From NCBI RefSeq assembly GCF_036588685.1, contig NC_086376.1, forward strand, positions 63,674,001-63,738,000: a stretch of 64,000 nt of DNA. Direction: 5' to 3'. Under the pieces are notes generated by a model that worked only from the letters and a program-made list of their open reading frames with translations, was not told where the DNA came from and did not search any database. The position numbers and the translations under genes are program-made. The stretch is from Mytilus trossulus (Eukaryota). Shown here one piece after another: positions 52,880 through 64,000 of this stretch (positions within the stretch are counted from its first letter, which is position 1; each line of letters opens with the position of its first letter).

Positions 52880-54235
52880 TTTAAATGGGGTCATAGTAAT
52901 GTATCTCTGTTATTATATGGGGTCATGGTCATGTAATGTGTTAAGATGGGGGCTTAGTAAATGTATCTCTGTTATTATATGGGGGCTTAGTAAATGTATC
53001 TCTGTTATTATATGGGGTCATGGTAATGTGTTTATCTCTCTTATTATATAGGGTCATGGTCCTGTAATGTGTTTAGATGGGGTCATAACTGTGAGTACTC
53101 TCAAATCGTATTTTCTTGTAAATTCGACCTGTTGATTCTGTTGATAATGCTTTTTTGTTATTTTTTATTTATATGGATCTTGTCTGTACACTAGCATGAC
53201 TAGCTTTGATTATTTGTAATATCTTCAATTTTTCACTTATTCTTACTACATTTGTATAAACTTCAAGATTATAATTGTTTTTTTAAAACCGGTATTTTTC
53301 TAAAGTGAATATTGATTGGTTAAATATTTCTCAGTCATGTCCTGCCATGGCTTTGTTTGAATTTGTTTGTTAGCTTTTTGGTCATGAATGTTTGTCTTTA
53401 ATATTTAATTAAGTGTGCATTTGTATTCAGATATCGCAGATCAAATTTATTCGTTCATTGTGTAATCATACGTTTTTTGATTGAGTTAAGTCTGCCAATT
53501 GATATTTTATCGTGTGTTTTTCTATGTTGTGATGTTATGCTATTGTTTCAGAAAAAGGGAGAAGGTTTGGATCCATTAAAACGTTAAATCCTGCTGCAAA
53601 TGTTTGCACCTGTCCTAAGTCAGGAATCTGATGTACAGTAGTTGTCGTTTGTTTATGTTATATATACGTGTTTCTCGTTTTGTTTATATAGATTAGACCG
53701 TTGGTTTTCCCTTTAGAATGGTTTTACACTAGTAATTTTGGGGCCCTTTATAGCTTGTTGTTCGGTGTGAGCCAAGGCTCTGGGTTGAAGGCCATACTTT
53801 AACCTATAATGGTTTACTTTTTAAATTGTTATTTGGATGGAGAGTTGTCTCATTGGCACTCACACCACATCTTCCTATATCTATCATAGTAATGTATCTC
53901 TGTTATTATATGGGATCATGGTCATGTAATGTGTTTATCTCTGTTATTAAATGGGGTCATGGTCATGTAATTAGATGGGGGCTTAGTAAATGTATCTCTG
54001 TTATTAATACTTATTATATGGGGTCATGGTCATGTAATTTGTTTAGATGGGGTCATAGTAATGTATCTCTGTTATTAAATGGGGTCATGGTCATGTAATG
54101 TGTTTAGATGGGGGCTTAGTAAATGTATCTCTGTTATTAATACTTATTATATGGGGTCATGGCCATGTAATGTGTTTAGATGGGGTCATATTAATGTATC
54201 TCTGTTATTGAATGGGGTTATGGTCATGTAATGTG
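52880..54235. repeat. Intronic satellite (atggggtcatggtcatgtaatgtg / atgtatctctgttatta), split by the family A insertion
   Basis: Repeats at 52880-53087 and 53884-54235. Confidence 0.9.
53088..53883 (+). mobile_element. Dispersed repeat family A, longest copy, inserted into a satellite
   Basis: TCATA direct repeats (53083-53087, 53884-53888); fixed end ...cattggcactcacaccacatcttcctatatcta. Other copies at 12981-13263, 20728-20915 (inverted), 31036-31123, 40541-40668, 47627-47730, 49471-49614. Confidence 0.8.
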
Positions 54236-54586
54236 TCCTGAAGTAAGGTCATATATGTTTAATTGATTTCTAACATAGTCATTTAAGCTTTTTTTACATT
54301 CATAGGCATTTGCACATTTCTTCTCTATTGAATATCATGTAGGTTAGGGATAATATTCACAGGCATTTTTACACATTTATTCTTTTTTGAATATCATGTA
54401 GGTTAGGGAAGAAGACAAACCAATTAAATATGCTGATTGAAAAGTATGCAAGCAGTGTTAATTAAAGATCAGCTTAAATTGTTTGGAGTGGGCATTCAGA
54501 TTGAAACTGTCATATAAAAACTTAATCATAACAATATTATCTAACTCAAAGTTAAATCATTTTTTTTATTTTTTCTATTATCATAC

Positions 54587-54697
54587 CCAATTTCAGATAG
54601 TATTCCAATTGTCTGTTTACTAAAACCACATCTAGGTGTCTCAGGATCTCCTTTCATAAACAACATCACATTAGACCTTTTTATAAGTTTCTTAAGT
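54587..54697 (-). CDS. GLRX3: GLRX3 exon, Grx domain 2 ([37 protein letters not shown])
   Basis: Second CGFS motif; cAG/GTATGA boundaries; phase 2-2. Confidence 0.95.
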
Positions 54698-55928
54698 CTG
54701 CAAAGAGAAGAAAATGTTTTATGATATACATGATAAAAAAAAATATAGTGCTATGCCTACAAAATGAAGAAAAGATTAAAAACTTCCCCAAACCCAAGTC
54801 AACGTTCATAAGTTCATACATGCCTATAGCTATGGGTACAAAATATGAAAATATTACAAGGGCAAAACAATAGAATAATTAGAACACACTCAGACTATTG
54901 AAAAACAAGACAGAGTACTAAAATCAAATAATACACCATGAACTCAAATATTATGTTCACAAAATTGTGTCCATTTGGGTATATATGTTAGTTTCAATAA
55001 TGAAGACATTAAGGTGCATTCACTTTATTATTACATCAATATATAATTGATTTTAGAAGTCCAATAAATTATTTTTGAAAATAAAGTTATCATTTAAACT
55101 ATATGTGTAATTATGCTCTGCAAAGGAAAAAAAGGCTGTAGGAGTACAAAATTAAGAGTAAGAGGTATTTAAATAGGGGATCCCTTGAATTTAAAATTAA
55201 ATTCTACATCATTCAACCATTACATGCATGATGAAATGTACAAGCCAAGTAATTTATTATGTACATGTATGAATAATATGTTTAAATTCCATGAGAAACA
55301 ATCAAAATCTCTTCCAAATTCTAAAATCAAATTCACAAGGGGGCATTTCAATTGAATTACAAACTATTAGAAGCATTACTCACTAAATAGTTAATGTAGA
55401 AACTGACCAAATTTCTTTTAATAATATGAATCAATTACTATAAAAACAGGGTCAAATGAGGTGTCTCTTGTCTGATGACCATACAAACCTAATATAAACC
55501 TAATAAAAACAATTGATGTAGGCTATATTTAATAACTTATTTAATCAAAATACTCCCTCTGAATAATCCAGATTTATCAAAATATACTTATAAAATTCCT
55601 TCAGCTGAAAAACTCTTACTAAATTTAGTGATATTTGTTATTTTTAGCTTGATATTGTAATTATCTATGGATATCTATATACATATGTGCCTCATTATAA
55701 AAGAGAAAACAGTTCTTGACATTTTTAACTCCTCTTAAGGTGTTAGCATTTATTATTGGTATAATACAAATTGTTTGTAGTGGAAATTCAGATTTCAATT
55801 TATAGACCATATTATAGTCTCACTGTGACTCTGTATTAAAGAACAGAAATTGTTTGTGAAGATTTTGGCTTTGGTGATTGATGTTTGTTATATTCTGATG
55901 ATTCCTGTTATTAACCTCTATATGAAAA

Positions 55929-56115
55929 AGAAGATGTGGTATGATTGCCAATGAGACAACTATCCACAAAAGACCAAAATGACACAGACATTACCAACTA
56001 TAGATCTCCATACGGCCTTCAACAATGAGCAAATCTCATACAGCATAGTCAGCTATAAAAGGCCCCGATAAGACATTGTAAAACAATTCAAACGAGAAAA
56101 CTAATGCCTACTTTA
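55929..56115 (-). mobile_element. Family A-related subfamily (aagaagatgtggtatgattgccaatgagacaac...)
   Basis: Near identical to 29461-29655; more diverged copies at 12525-12720, 17020-17210, 32110-32270 (inverted). Confidence 0.8.
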
Positions 56116-56151
56116 TATATTATTAACAATAAACTTTGTCTATAGTTGTAC

Positions 56152-56296
56152 CTGTCTTCTAATTTTTCTTGTTGAGGAAGTTGTGATTCTAATTCTCCAG
56201 TCTCGACCAATTCTTTAACGATATCCAACCCTCCAAGTAACTCTCCATTAGCATATAACTGGGGATATGTAGGCCAATTAGAAAACTTCTTTAAAC
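56152..56296 (-). CDS. GLRX3: GLRX3 exon ([48 protein letters not shown])
   Basis: WPTYPQLY and GGLD motifs (inside ORF 56088..56324); phase 1-2. Confidence 0.96.
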
Positions 56297-57197
56297 CTGA
56301 ATTTTTAAAACAAAATTTCATCATATAAATGTGTCAGTACAAAACCAATAGCCTTGACTCTATCTTTTTTTAGTTAAGGCACATATCCTGCATATAGCAT
56401 CAATCTGAAATACAGATCCATTCATAACAGAAAGTAGAAGGAAGCTAGTGTTGTCAGGTCCTTGTATGCTAAGCATGGACACAGGATATGTATTTGAATC
56501 GGATTGAGGTAGAATAATTTATAATTCACTCTGTATTGTAATAACAATATTAATTGTAACTTGCTCATTTTGTCACTTTATCGAACTAACTTTTTATAAT
56601 CTGATTTTTTTTTTACATCAGTTTTTAGGTTAGACATATTTATCTATAGTGGATTGGGAAACTTTTGCAACTTATATTAACCCCTTTTCACTTTGTTGGT
56701 TGAGAGTGCTGCCTTTGGTTAGTTTTTAAACATATTTATTTATAGTGGATTGGGAAACAAGTTTTGCAACTTATATTAATCCCTTTCCACTTTGTGGGTG
56801 CGAGTGCTGTCTTGAACCTGTAAGAAATATGTCTTTCTCTAAATCTACAAGCCTTAGGGTGTCTTTAACCTGTAAGAAATATGTCTCTCTCTAAACACTG
56901 TCAGCCATTTGTTGTAACTTCCGATGGACTATCAAGGTTTCCTTAAGACCATACTCCCAAATGGTGTGAAGGGAGAGCCGAAAATTGAGTTCCAAAATTT
57001 TCATCCCTATGGTTGCGTTCATGTTGCTCATTCCTTAGTTTTTCTTGTTGTTGTTTTGTATGCTGTTTATTTTTTGCTTTAATTTTGGGCTTATGATTTG
57101 AATGTCCCTTTGGTACCTTTTGCTTCTCTTTTAAATCATTTTTTCACTTATCCCTGCTGTGTAATTTACTTATGGTAGAAGTTAGTATTGACCATAC

Positions 57198-57287
57198 CTT
57201 GTCTGACTTCTTCATCTTGTAATATATCAAATGTACTGTACTTGATACCTCGGTCATTCAAAATCTGTGTTATAGTACGACTAAAAC
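57198..57287 (-). CDS. GLRX3: GLRX3 exon ([30 protein letters not shown])
   Basis: Completes the CGFS motif; FDIL.DEEVRQG; cAG/GTATGG boundaries; phase 1-1. Confidence 0.95.
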
Positions 57288-58721
57288 CTGTAACAATATA
57301 GTATTTTCATCTTTCAGAAGGTAAATTAATCAATTAGCAATGGATATCTCTTAAATTTGAATATCTAAGTGAATAAACTACACAGAGAACAAACGCTATT
57401 GTATTTATTCAATGGGACAATGGGAAGTACTGCCAAAAATTTAAATAGATTGACACAGGGCCTAATCTAAGATTTTTGAGAGGGAGAAGTGATTTCTCCT
57501 TCCATGAGAGTTGGGGGAAGTGGTCAATTTCTTGGAGAAGTGAAATTCCATTACCGTTCCGTTTGAATAGTGTTTTCGTGAACATCTTTAAGGGAAAATT
57601 GTTTTATTTGTTCAATAAAAATAATACTTGCAGTGTTTTATATTTTTATGATATTGTATATATGAAATATATGAGATTGAATTATTTGAATACTCTTAAT
57701 AAAAAGGTTTAGACAATGTAGTTGTTATTTATTCATTCAACCTTTTGTGCTGTCAACTTGAAATTATGATTGTTGCTAGCCTAGTGGTATAATCATGCAT
57801 TAATCATATGTGCATCTGCTTCATTTTTTTTTTATGAAGTCCAGAAAAAATATGAATCCCATTGTATGTAATGACTTTCTAATGACTGGTCAATTTAATG
57901 TTTATCATCATGATCATCACATGTCATAATTTTGTAAACTGTTGACTGTCCAGGACATCATAGCAGCTGTAATTTGAGAATCATGTGAAAGATTGTAAGC
58001 CTATATATAAATGAAAATATTTATCAATCACTTTGTAGTTAATCGATAAAGAGCTAATATTTATCATTTTGTTATAAAGATATCTCCTTCATATTAACAA
58101 ATTGGTTGTGAAAAACCCACTTCTTATCACAAGCTGGCCATGTGTTGTACGTTTGCAATAAATTTATCCATTAGATGTCTTTCTACCTTTTATATTTCAA
58201 TGTTTAATCAAAGAATATAAAACATCTTCCGTTCATTCCTACCCTTTATCTATCGAATAGTAAAATTGATTGCCTTGTGATAAATAAAAAGAAAACAAAT
58301 CAGCTGAGTGATTACGCAACATCCTCAGACGCTCTATTTCGCATTTCAATAGTTTTGAATGTTAAATCCAAGGATGTTCAAAGTCGCCATTGTATTTATA
58401 TCATTTAAAAGTTGACAGTATAAGTCCTGGGTCGTTTCAAAAATTCCGATTTACCTTGTCATCCACCATTTTTGTTTACCTGTGAAAATTAAGTTGTTTC
58501 CCTTTTACAAATTTGACTTCGCCATGAAGTCAGTCAGCCGACGAGTTTTAGCAATTTTCAAAATTCTTTGGCAACTTAAATTGTCATTTCGCCGCCAAGA
58601 TTATGGCCTGGATTGACCAAAAGTAGATGAATCTGTGGAAAAGTTTTCATTTTTTTTTGCAACAAAAGGTCCAAAATTTACAGTAAGAATGAACCAGAGT
58701 TCCTTTTTTGAAGTCACTTAC

Positions 58722-58806
58722 CACATTTTGGTTCGTCAGGCGATCCTTTCATAAACAATAGAACAGGAGCAGAGTTCAGCAAATTCTTTAGCCTGGTGTC
58801 AAGATC
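58722..58806 (-). CDS. GLRX3: GLRX3 exon, Grx domain 1 start ([29 protein letters not shown])
   Basis: LFMKG.P.EPKCG motif; tAG/GTAAGT boundaries; phase 0-1. Confidence 0.95.
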
Positions 58807-59406
58807 CTAAAATTAATATATAAAAAATGTTTAAAACAAATTTATAAATACACTTCAATAAGCAAGCTTAGGCATAATAATTACAGTACAATCAAGGATT
58901 TAAAAGAAATTTTAAAACAGTTTGACTACAGCACTGAATTCTTATATGTTTGAAACTGTCACTTTGAAATCTGTCAAAAAAAAAGAAAGAGAACAAAATA
59001 TTCCAAGATGAATAAAGTCAGAAAATAAAATTGAGAAAGGAAATGGGGAAGGTGTCAAAACGCAACAACTCGGCCATAGAGCAGACAACAGACGAAGGCC
59101 ACCAATGCATGTGTCTTCAATGAAGTGAGAAACTCCTGCACCCAGAGGCATCCTTCAGCTGGCCCCTAAATGTTTGTAATTATAAAAACTGTGTAATTAA
59201 AGCAATTACAAATGTACACAAAATTGATAATAAATTAATAAAAGTTAAAAAAAGAAAAAATTAAGACAAGATAGCATGAATTACTTATTAGTAACGCAAA
59301 ATAGTCAATATAAGATTTTGTAATTAACTGGAATCCCAACATGTATAAAAGAAATTTAGGGCATTGTATCGTGAAATGAGATAAACACATAGGGCATTTC
59401 TATTAC

Positions 59407-59529
59407 CTGTTTTGGAGGTGCTGCTGTTTGTTGCGTAATGACACCAGCTGTTGGTGATGACAATAGTTTGACTTTCTTTGTTAGTTCTGCAGCATTGGCA
59501 CCATCTATCCTGTCTACCACTTGCTTCTT
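59407..59529 (-). CDS. GLRX3: GLRX3 exon (KKQVVDRIDGANAAELTKKVKLLSSPTAGVITQQTAAPPKQ)
   Basis: DRIDGA..AELTKKV motif plus linker; cAG/GTAAT boundaries; phase 0-0. Confidence 0.94.
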
Positions 59530-60271
59530 CTGTAAACAAATAGAGTACTGCTTTTTTTACAATTTAAAAACATATAAACATATATTACATTGTATTTAGG
59601 CACATTTTAAATTTTTTTTAAAAGAATAGTTTGATTCAAAATTTTTGACAAGAGAGTCATACTTGTTACAAGGAAAGTGAAGAAATTAATTGTCTCAGTT
59701 TGAATTTTGTAACAAAACAAAAGCAAAATGAATCTTATTCATGTTTAGGAAGAAATCCATCCACCCTTTCTAAAGGATGACTGGTTAGTGGCTTATACAT
59801 GTAATCTACAATGGACCAAAAATACATCATAAACTTTTCAACGACACATAAAAACATCCTTTTTCAAAATATAAATATTATGTACCTATTCCAGTCTAAT
59901 TTAGGAGTTATGATGTAAGTACATGGCATGTGGGCAGAAAATATCTTCTCGAATATCAAGTTCTTGCAGGTGGACTAAATTTTTTAGGTTAATTTTTTAT
60001 CTTACCTTACAAGTTTTTTACATATAAATTTTTAATGGTATGCTTTTTTTTCAGTTTTGTTGAAAAAGGTGTAGCAGTATTGACTAAATAACATTTTATG
60101 TAATGAATTTAGCCTTGTGTGTAGCCTGTTATTGCTGCATCCAGTGTTTAAGTGCAAATGCTGCGACTTCCAAACATTTAGTCCAGTTTCAAAATGTAAC
60201 TATCTTGAGTGGATACTTTTTTATTAATGACACCAGACAATAGGATGTATCTATATATGGTAAAGACCTAC

Positions 60272-60346
60272 CTTAAGAAAAATAAATGTTGGCACTGCTG
60301 CTATCTGATATTTCTCTGACAATTCTGGGATATCCTCTGCTTCCAC
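60272..60346 (-). CDS. GLRX3: GLRX3 exon (VEAEDIPELSEKYQIAAVPTFIFLK)
   Basis: Trx-fold cis-Pro motif VPTF; cAG/GTAGG boundaries; phase 0-0. Confidence 0.95.
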
Positions 60347-61651
60347 CTGAAAGAAAAAAAATAGGATATCACAAAACATACAACTTATATGTTCTGTTAA
60401 CTGCAGTGAAAGCTGATAATCATGGTCATTTTACTCATTCATAGATCAGTTGAATGATTTATGTTAATAGTAAAAAGAATAGTCAAAACGTTTTATCCTT
60501 TCAAACCATATGAGTTCATTTAGTTATTTGTACAGTCCATGTCACTTAATATACAAATGATATACTAGCTGTTGTTAAATGTACAAATATATAGAGCAAA
60601 AGCATTGCCTAAAATAATTGATTGTCAGTAACTACAAAATATACTCAAATATTTTAAGGCAATAGTTATACTTTACATATGTATATATGATTATTATTTC
60701 CAAGCATGTACAAGTCAAATAGTCAAGATTTTGCATATGTTTGCAATTTTAAAGAATTTCATTACTGTTTGACTGATCATGAAAAAGGTTTGTATATATT
60801 TTAACCATATTAGCATTAATTGTTTAGTACATACATTGTATATTCAACATTTAAATCAGAAAATCTGACAGTATACAAAACGTATGATTTTAGGCCTAAA
60901 TTGGTTAAAAAAATCTTTGAACTTATAAAAAATAAAGATATGGTGTGATTAACAATGAGACAACCAGACATTCCAGAGATAAAAAGACGTACAGGCAGCA
61001 AGCAATAATGAACATACATTTTTTTTTGTAACCTATTCATCTATTTTCATTCCTTTTGGCAAATATTGGAACTAACCAACTAATGGCTCCCACTGAGTAC
61101 CTTACTTGGCACCATTCAGAAAATGAGAAACCATATATATGTCCTTGAAAAAGAAATAACTGTAAACCAGTCAGAACATTATTTCGTACATTGTTGGGTT
61201 TTTTTCACATTTCACTTTACCATGTTTACATGTGCAATAAGAATTGTTTTAAAAATGTGTTTCAAGAGCAATAACTCTAATCAGACAAATTCAACAAAAT
61301 GAAGACTAAGTTCATGTAGATAAAAAATCTGAATCTAGATAATTTTAGCAATTTATAATAATATAACACTTATAACAAGTAACTCCAAAGACAATTGTGG
61401 CCAAGTTTGGTTCAAATTGGCTCAGTAGTTTTATAGAAGATTTTTGTTAAAGTTTAAAAGGCGAACAACAGATGATGGACACCAAGTAATTCGAATAGCT
61501 TATAGGGTACAGTATTTGACATGTTTTAGGGGGAAAAAATCCAATTCACCAAAGTTAAAATTGACATCTATCATTGTCTATAACATGTATTTTTTATGGC
61601 AAACAACTATCAAATTAAACATGATGTTAACAAATAAATTAAGTGATGTAC

Positions 61652-61766
61652 CTTCAAAAACACAACATTGACAAATTCTGTTTCTTTGCAGAGTTCCTCT
61701 AGAACCTCATTCATCTGTTTACACTGTGGAGCCCATAGAGCTGAGAAATGAACAACAACCAGCTGG
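61652..61766 (-). CDS. GLRX3: Glutaredoxin-3 (PICOT) exon, Trx-like domain ([38 protein letters not shown])
   Basis: WAPQC motif typical of GLRX3; tAG acceptor and GTAC donor; 115 nt. The upstream first exon was not found in the window. Confidence 0.93.
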
Positions 61767-62629
61767 CTACAACGTTTAAAGAAAATTCATATCATGTATG
61801 GAGTCTATTTATAAAGTATCATGAATACTAAAATATAAAATAAGTCCAAAGTTACATTTTGAACATGATGGAGAGAATTTCTACAGCTTTTCTGGCAGAA
61901 CAGCTGGAGGATGTCAGAGTAATCTCAGACCATGTACCCCCATGTTCTATTTATAGCCATGTTGGCCATCTTGGTTGGCAGTCAGGTCCATTGGACACAT
62001 TTTTAAAACAATATAATCAGTTCATGTACATGTAGCCCAATGATAAAGGAAGTAATAGTGTCCAAGATTGGATACATTTGGCAAAAAGGCAAACAGTTTC
62101 AGACAAATATCAGAGGAGAAGAATTTAACAGACAATTACATGGATGACAAAGGAAGATGGGCGGCAAGTGATGAGCATACATTGTAGCTATTAAACTTTA
62201 GCCTTTGGTAGATGTTGGTCCCAGTGACTCAAAAGGCTTTTTTCTGAAATTTAAAGCAAATCATTAGTAGGGAGGTTGCGAATGCAATTATAGTAACATA
62301 ATGATTCTTGTGACGGCAAAAATAAAAGGTTTTATCCAACTTCAGTTTGAAATATATTGTAGTTTTCTTAAATTATATTGATATTCCAAAGGGGGGGGGA
62401 TCCATATAAGAGCCTCATTGCAATTATGCAGATAGATTGCTTGCAGTTCTTAACCCTTTTGATATATTTGGCCTGAAATTGACAAATAGCCCAAAAGGCA
62501 AAATATGATATCTACATGATCTAAGCGGTCATGACTTTTGGACTACTTGACCGATTTCAAAAATTTGAGCACTAATTAATTTCTTTTTTTTTGTGCTCAT
62601 CAGAATAATGCAATTTTATCCACTTTCAC

Positions 62630-62810
62630 TATAGAGGGGGGATAGGACCTTTATCGGGACTCCGGGATTGGGTGTTTTTAAGCTCGGGATTTACCCCTTC
62701 GGGATCCAGGAATTCTTTTTATACAAATATCGAAATCTGGGATTTTTATTTATTTAAATTTGGGACCTCGGGATTTCGGGATCATGACCCCCTCCTATCC
62801 CCCATCACTA
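62630..62810. mobile_element. Small GC-rich MITE with internal CGGGAT repeats
   Basis: Imperfect inverted ends gggggatagga / tcctatccccc. Confidence 0.55.
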
Positions 62811-64000
62811 TACTTCATATTTTGGCTGAGCCTGACCTCCCTATCAATGTATCATAATTTATTAGTCCATTAGACAGCAGTGTATTTAATATTTCTTTCA
62901 TTATGAAATTCTTCTGTTTCATTAATATACTTCTGAATGTGTCAGATCACAATTCATAAGTGTACCTGTCTGAATTATCGAGTATATCATTAAATTCTTT
63001 GACTGAAGATGTTTCCCGAACTTTTGCCATTTTTCCTCTGTAATAATGATCTGGTACCCTGATATAATGATATGATTTTGAGTAAGCAGTGTAGAAATAT
63101 TTATTACTGGGAACAAGGACATATAAAGGGAAGTAACAATTTAAATCTAGTAAATTACCAAATGTTACTTAAAAAAAAGACATCAATTAAAGAACACTAA
63201 ATAAATTACTTCCAGTCTGCACTTATCATAATTATATTAGAAATCATATTACAATTTGGATTAATCTTATAAACAAATTAAATTCGTCAATTTAAAAAAA
63301 AGAAAAACAGTAATGCTTCTTTTTAACTCCTGCCACATATCATCGGATATATATCTATCATCAAGATAAAAGGCATGAATTTGATAGATACAAGACATAC
63401 CGGTACAAGACATTATGACACAGATATATCATTAGACATAGGTTAAAGACAATAAATGATTTACATGTTTACTAAAAATTATAATTCAAAAAATAAAATT
63501 AAAAAACTTGACAAATTTCTCAAATTCAACATATCACACTCTTTCTGTGATGTAACTGTTTAATTACTTATATTCAAACTACATACTTCCGAGTTTATAT
63601 ACTCTTCCTATGTTACATGTTTTAGGTTGAATATAATACATGTATCTGATTTTCTTCAATTTCACTGCTGTTGAAGTCAGATTTTGCAGTTTTACATGAT
63701 CTTTGAACACGACCTCTAAGTTTACAAAACTTTTAGAGATCTTCAGAATTCAAGGTTTAGAAATCTTAAAATAAGATACTAGTAAAAAGTTAGTCTCTCT
63801 GCTGATTGTCTATCAAAATATTTACTGACATCCACGCTCTTTTCTTTGTTATTCACAAACTTCGTTAAGAGGGGCAACACTGTTAAAATATCCATAAAAA
63901 TATGTCTTGCTAGTTCTTAATGAATAGGGATTATAGACGCTGCCCTAACGAAAAGCTGTTAGCTAGTACTACAACAGGATGGTAAAGTTGTTCAGGGGTT

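Noticed and set aside
52755-54098. ORFs 52755..53051 and 53826..54098
   Set aside because: Translations of satellite and dispersed-repeat DNA within a GLRX3 intron.
61767-64000. First coding exon of GLRX3
   Set aside because: No ATG-initiated phase-2 exon with a GLRX3-like N-terminus found; the candidate donor near 63586 has an in-frame stop. Probably beyond the window.

Overview
AT-rich eukaryotic genomic DNA, most likely a mytilid mussel (inferred from the precursor sequence and repeat content). Two convergent intron-containing genes. (1) On the + strand, an APGWamide-family neuropeptide precursor with coding exons 14918-15466 and 22781-22822 (196 aa: signal peptide, 4x RPGW, 1x APGW, 1x KPGW, 1x TPGW, and a 35-aa two-Cys C-terminal peptide). 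(2) On the - strand, a monothiol multidomain glutaredoxin GLRX3/PICOT (Trx-like WAPQC domain plus two CGFS Grx domains; nine coding exons between 61766 and 49234, first exon not found). The rest is repeat-rich. It holds a degenerate Penelope-like retroelement with its GIY-YIG domain before the RT (Naiad-type), carrying nested hAT- and Kolobok-like MITEs inside a CAC..GTG TIR element. There are about nine copies of a ~365-bp repeat with a minimal type I hammerhead ribozyme that shares sequence with that retroelement's 5' end, plus layered tandem duplications, Helentron-like elements and MITEs. A 31-bp minisatellite is built from GLRX3's own 3' splice site plus AATAAA and an in-frame stop. All calls are by eye, without database searches.
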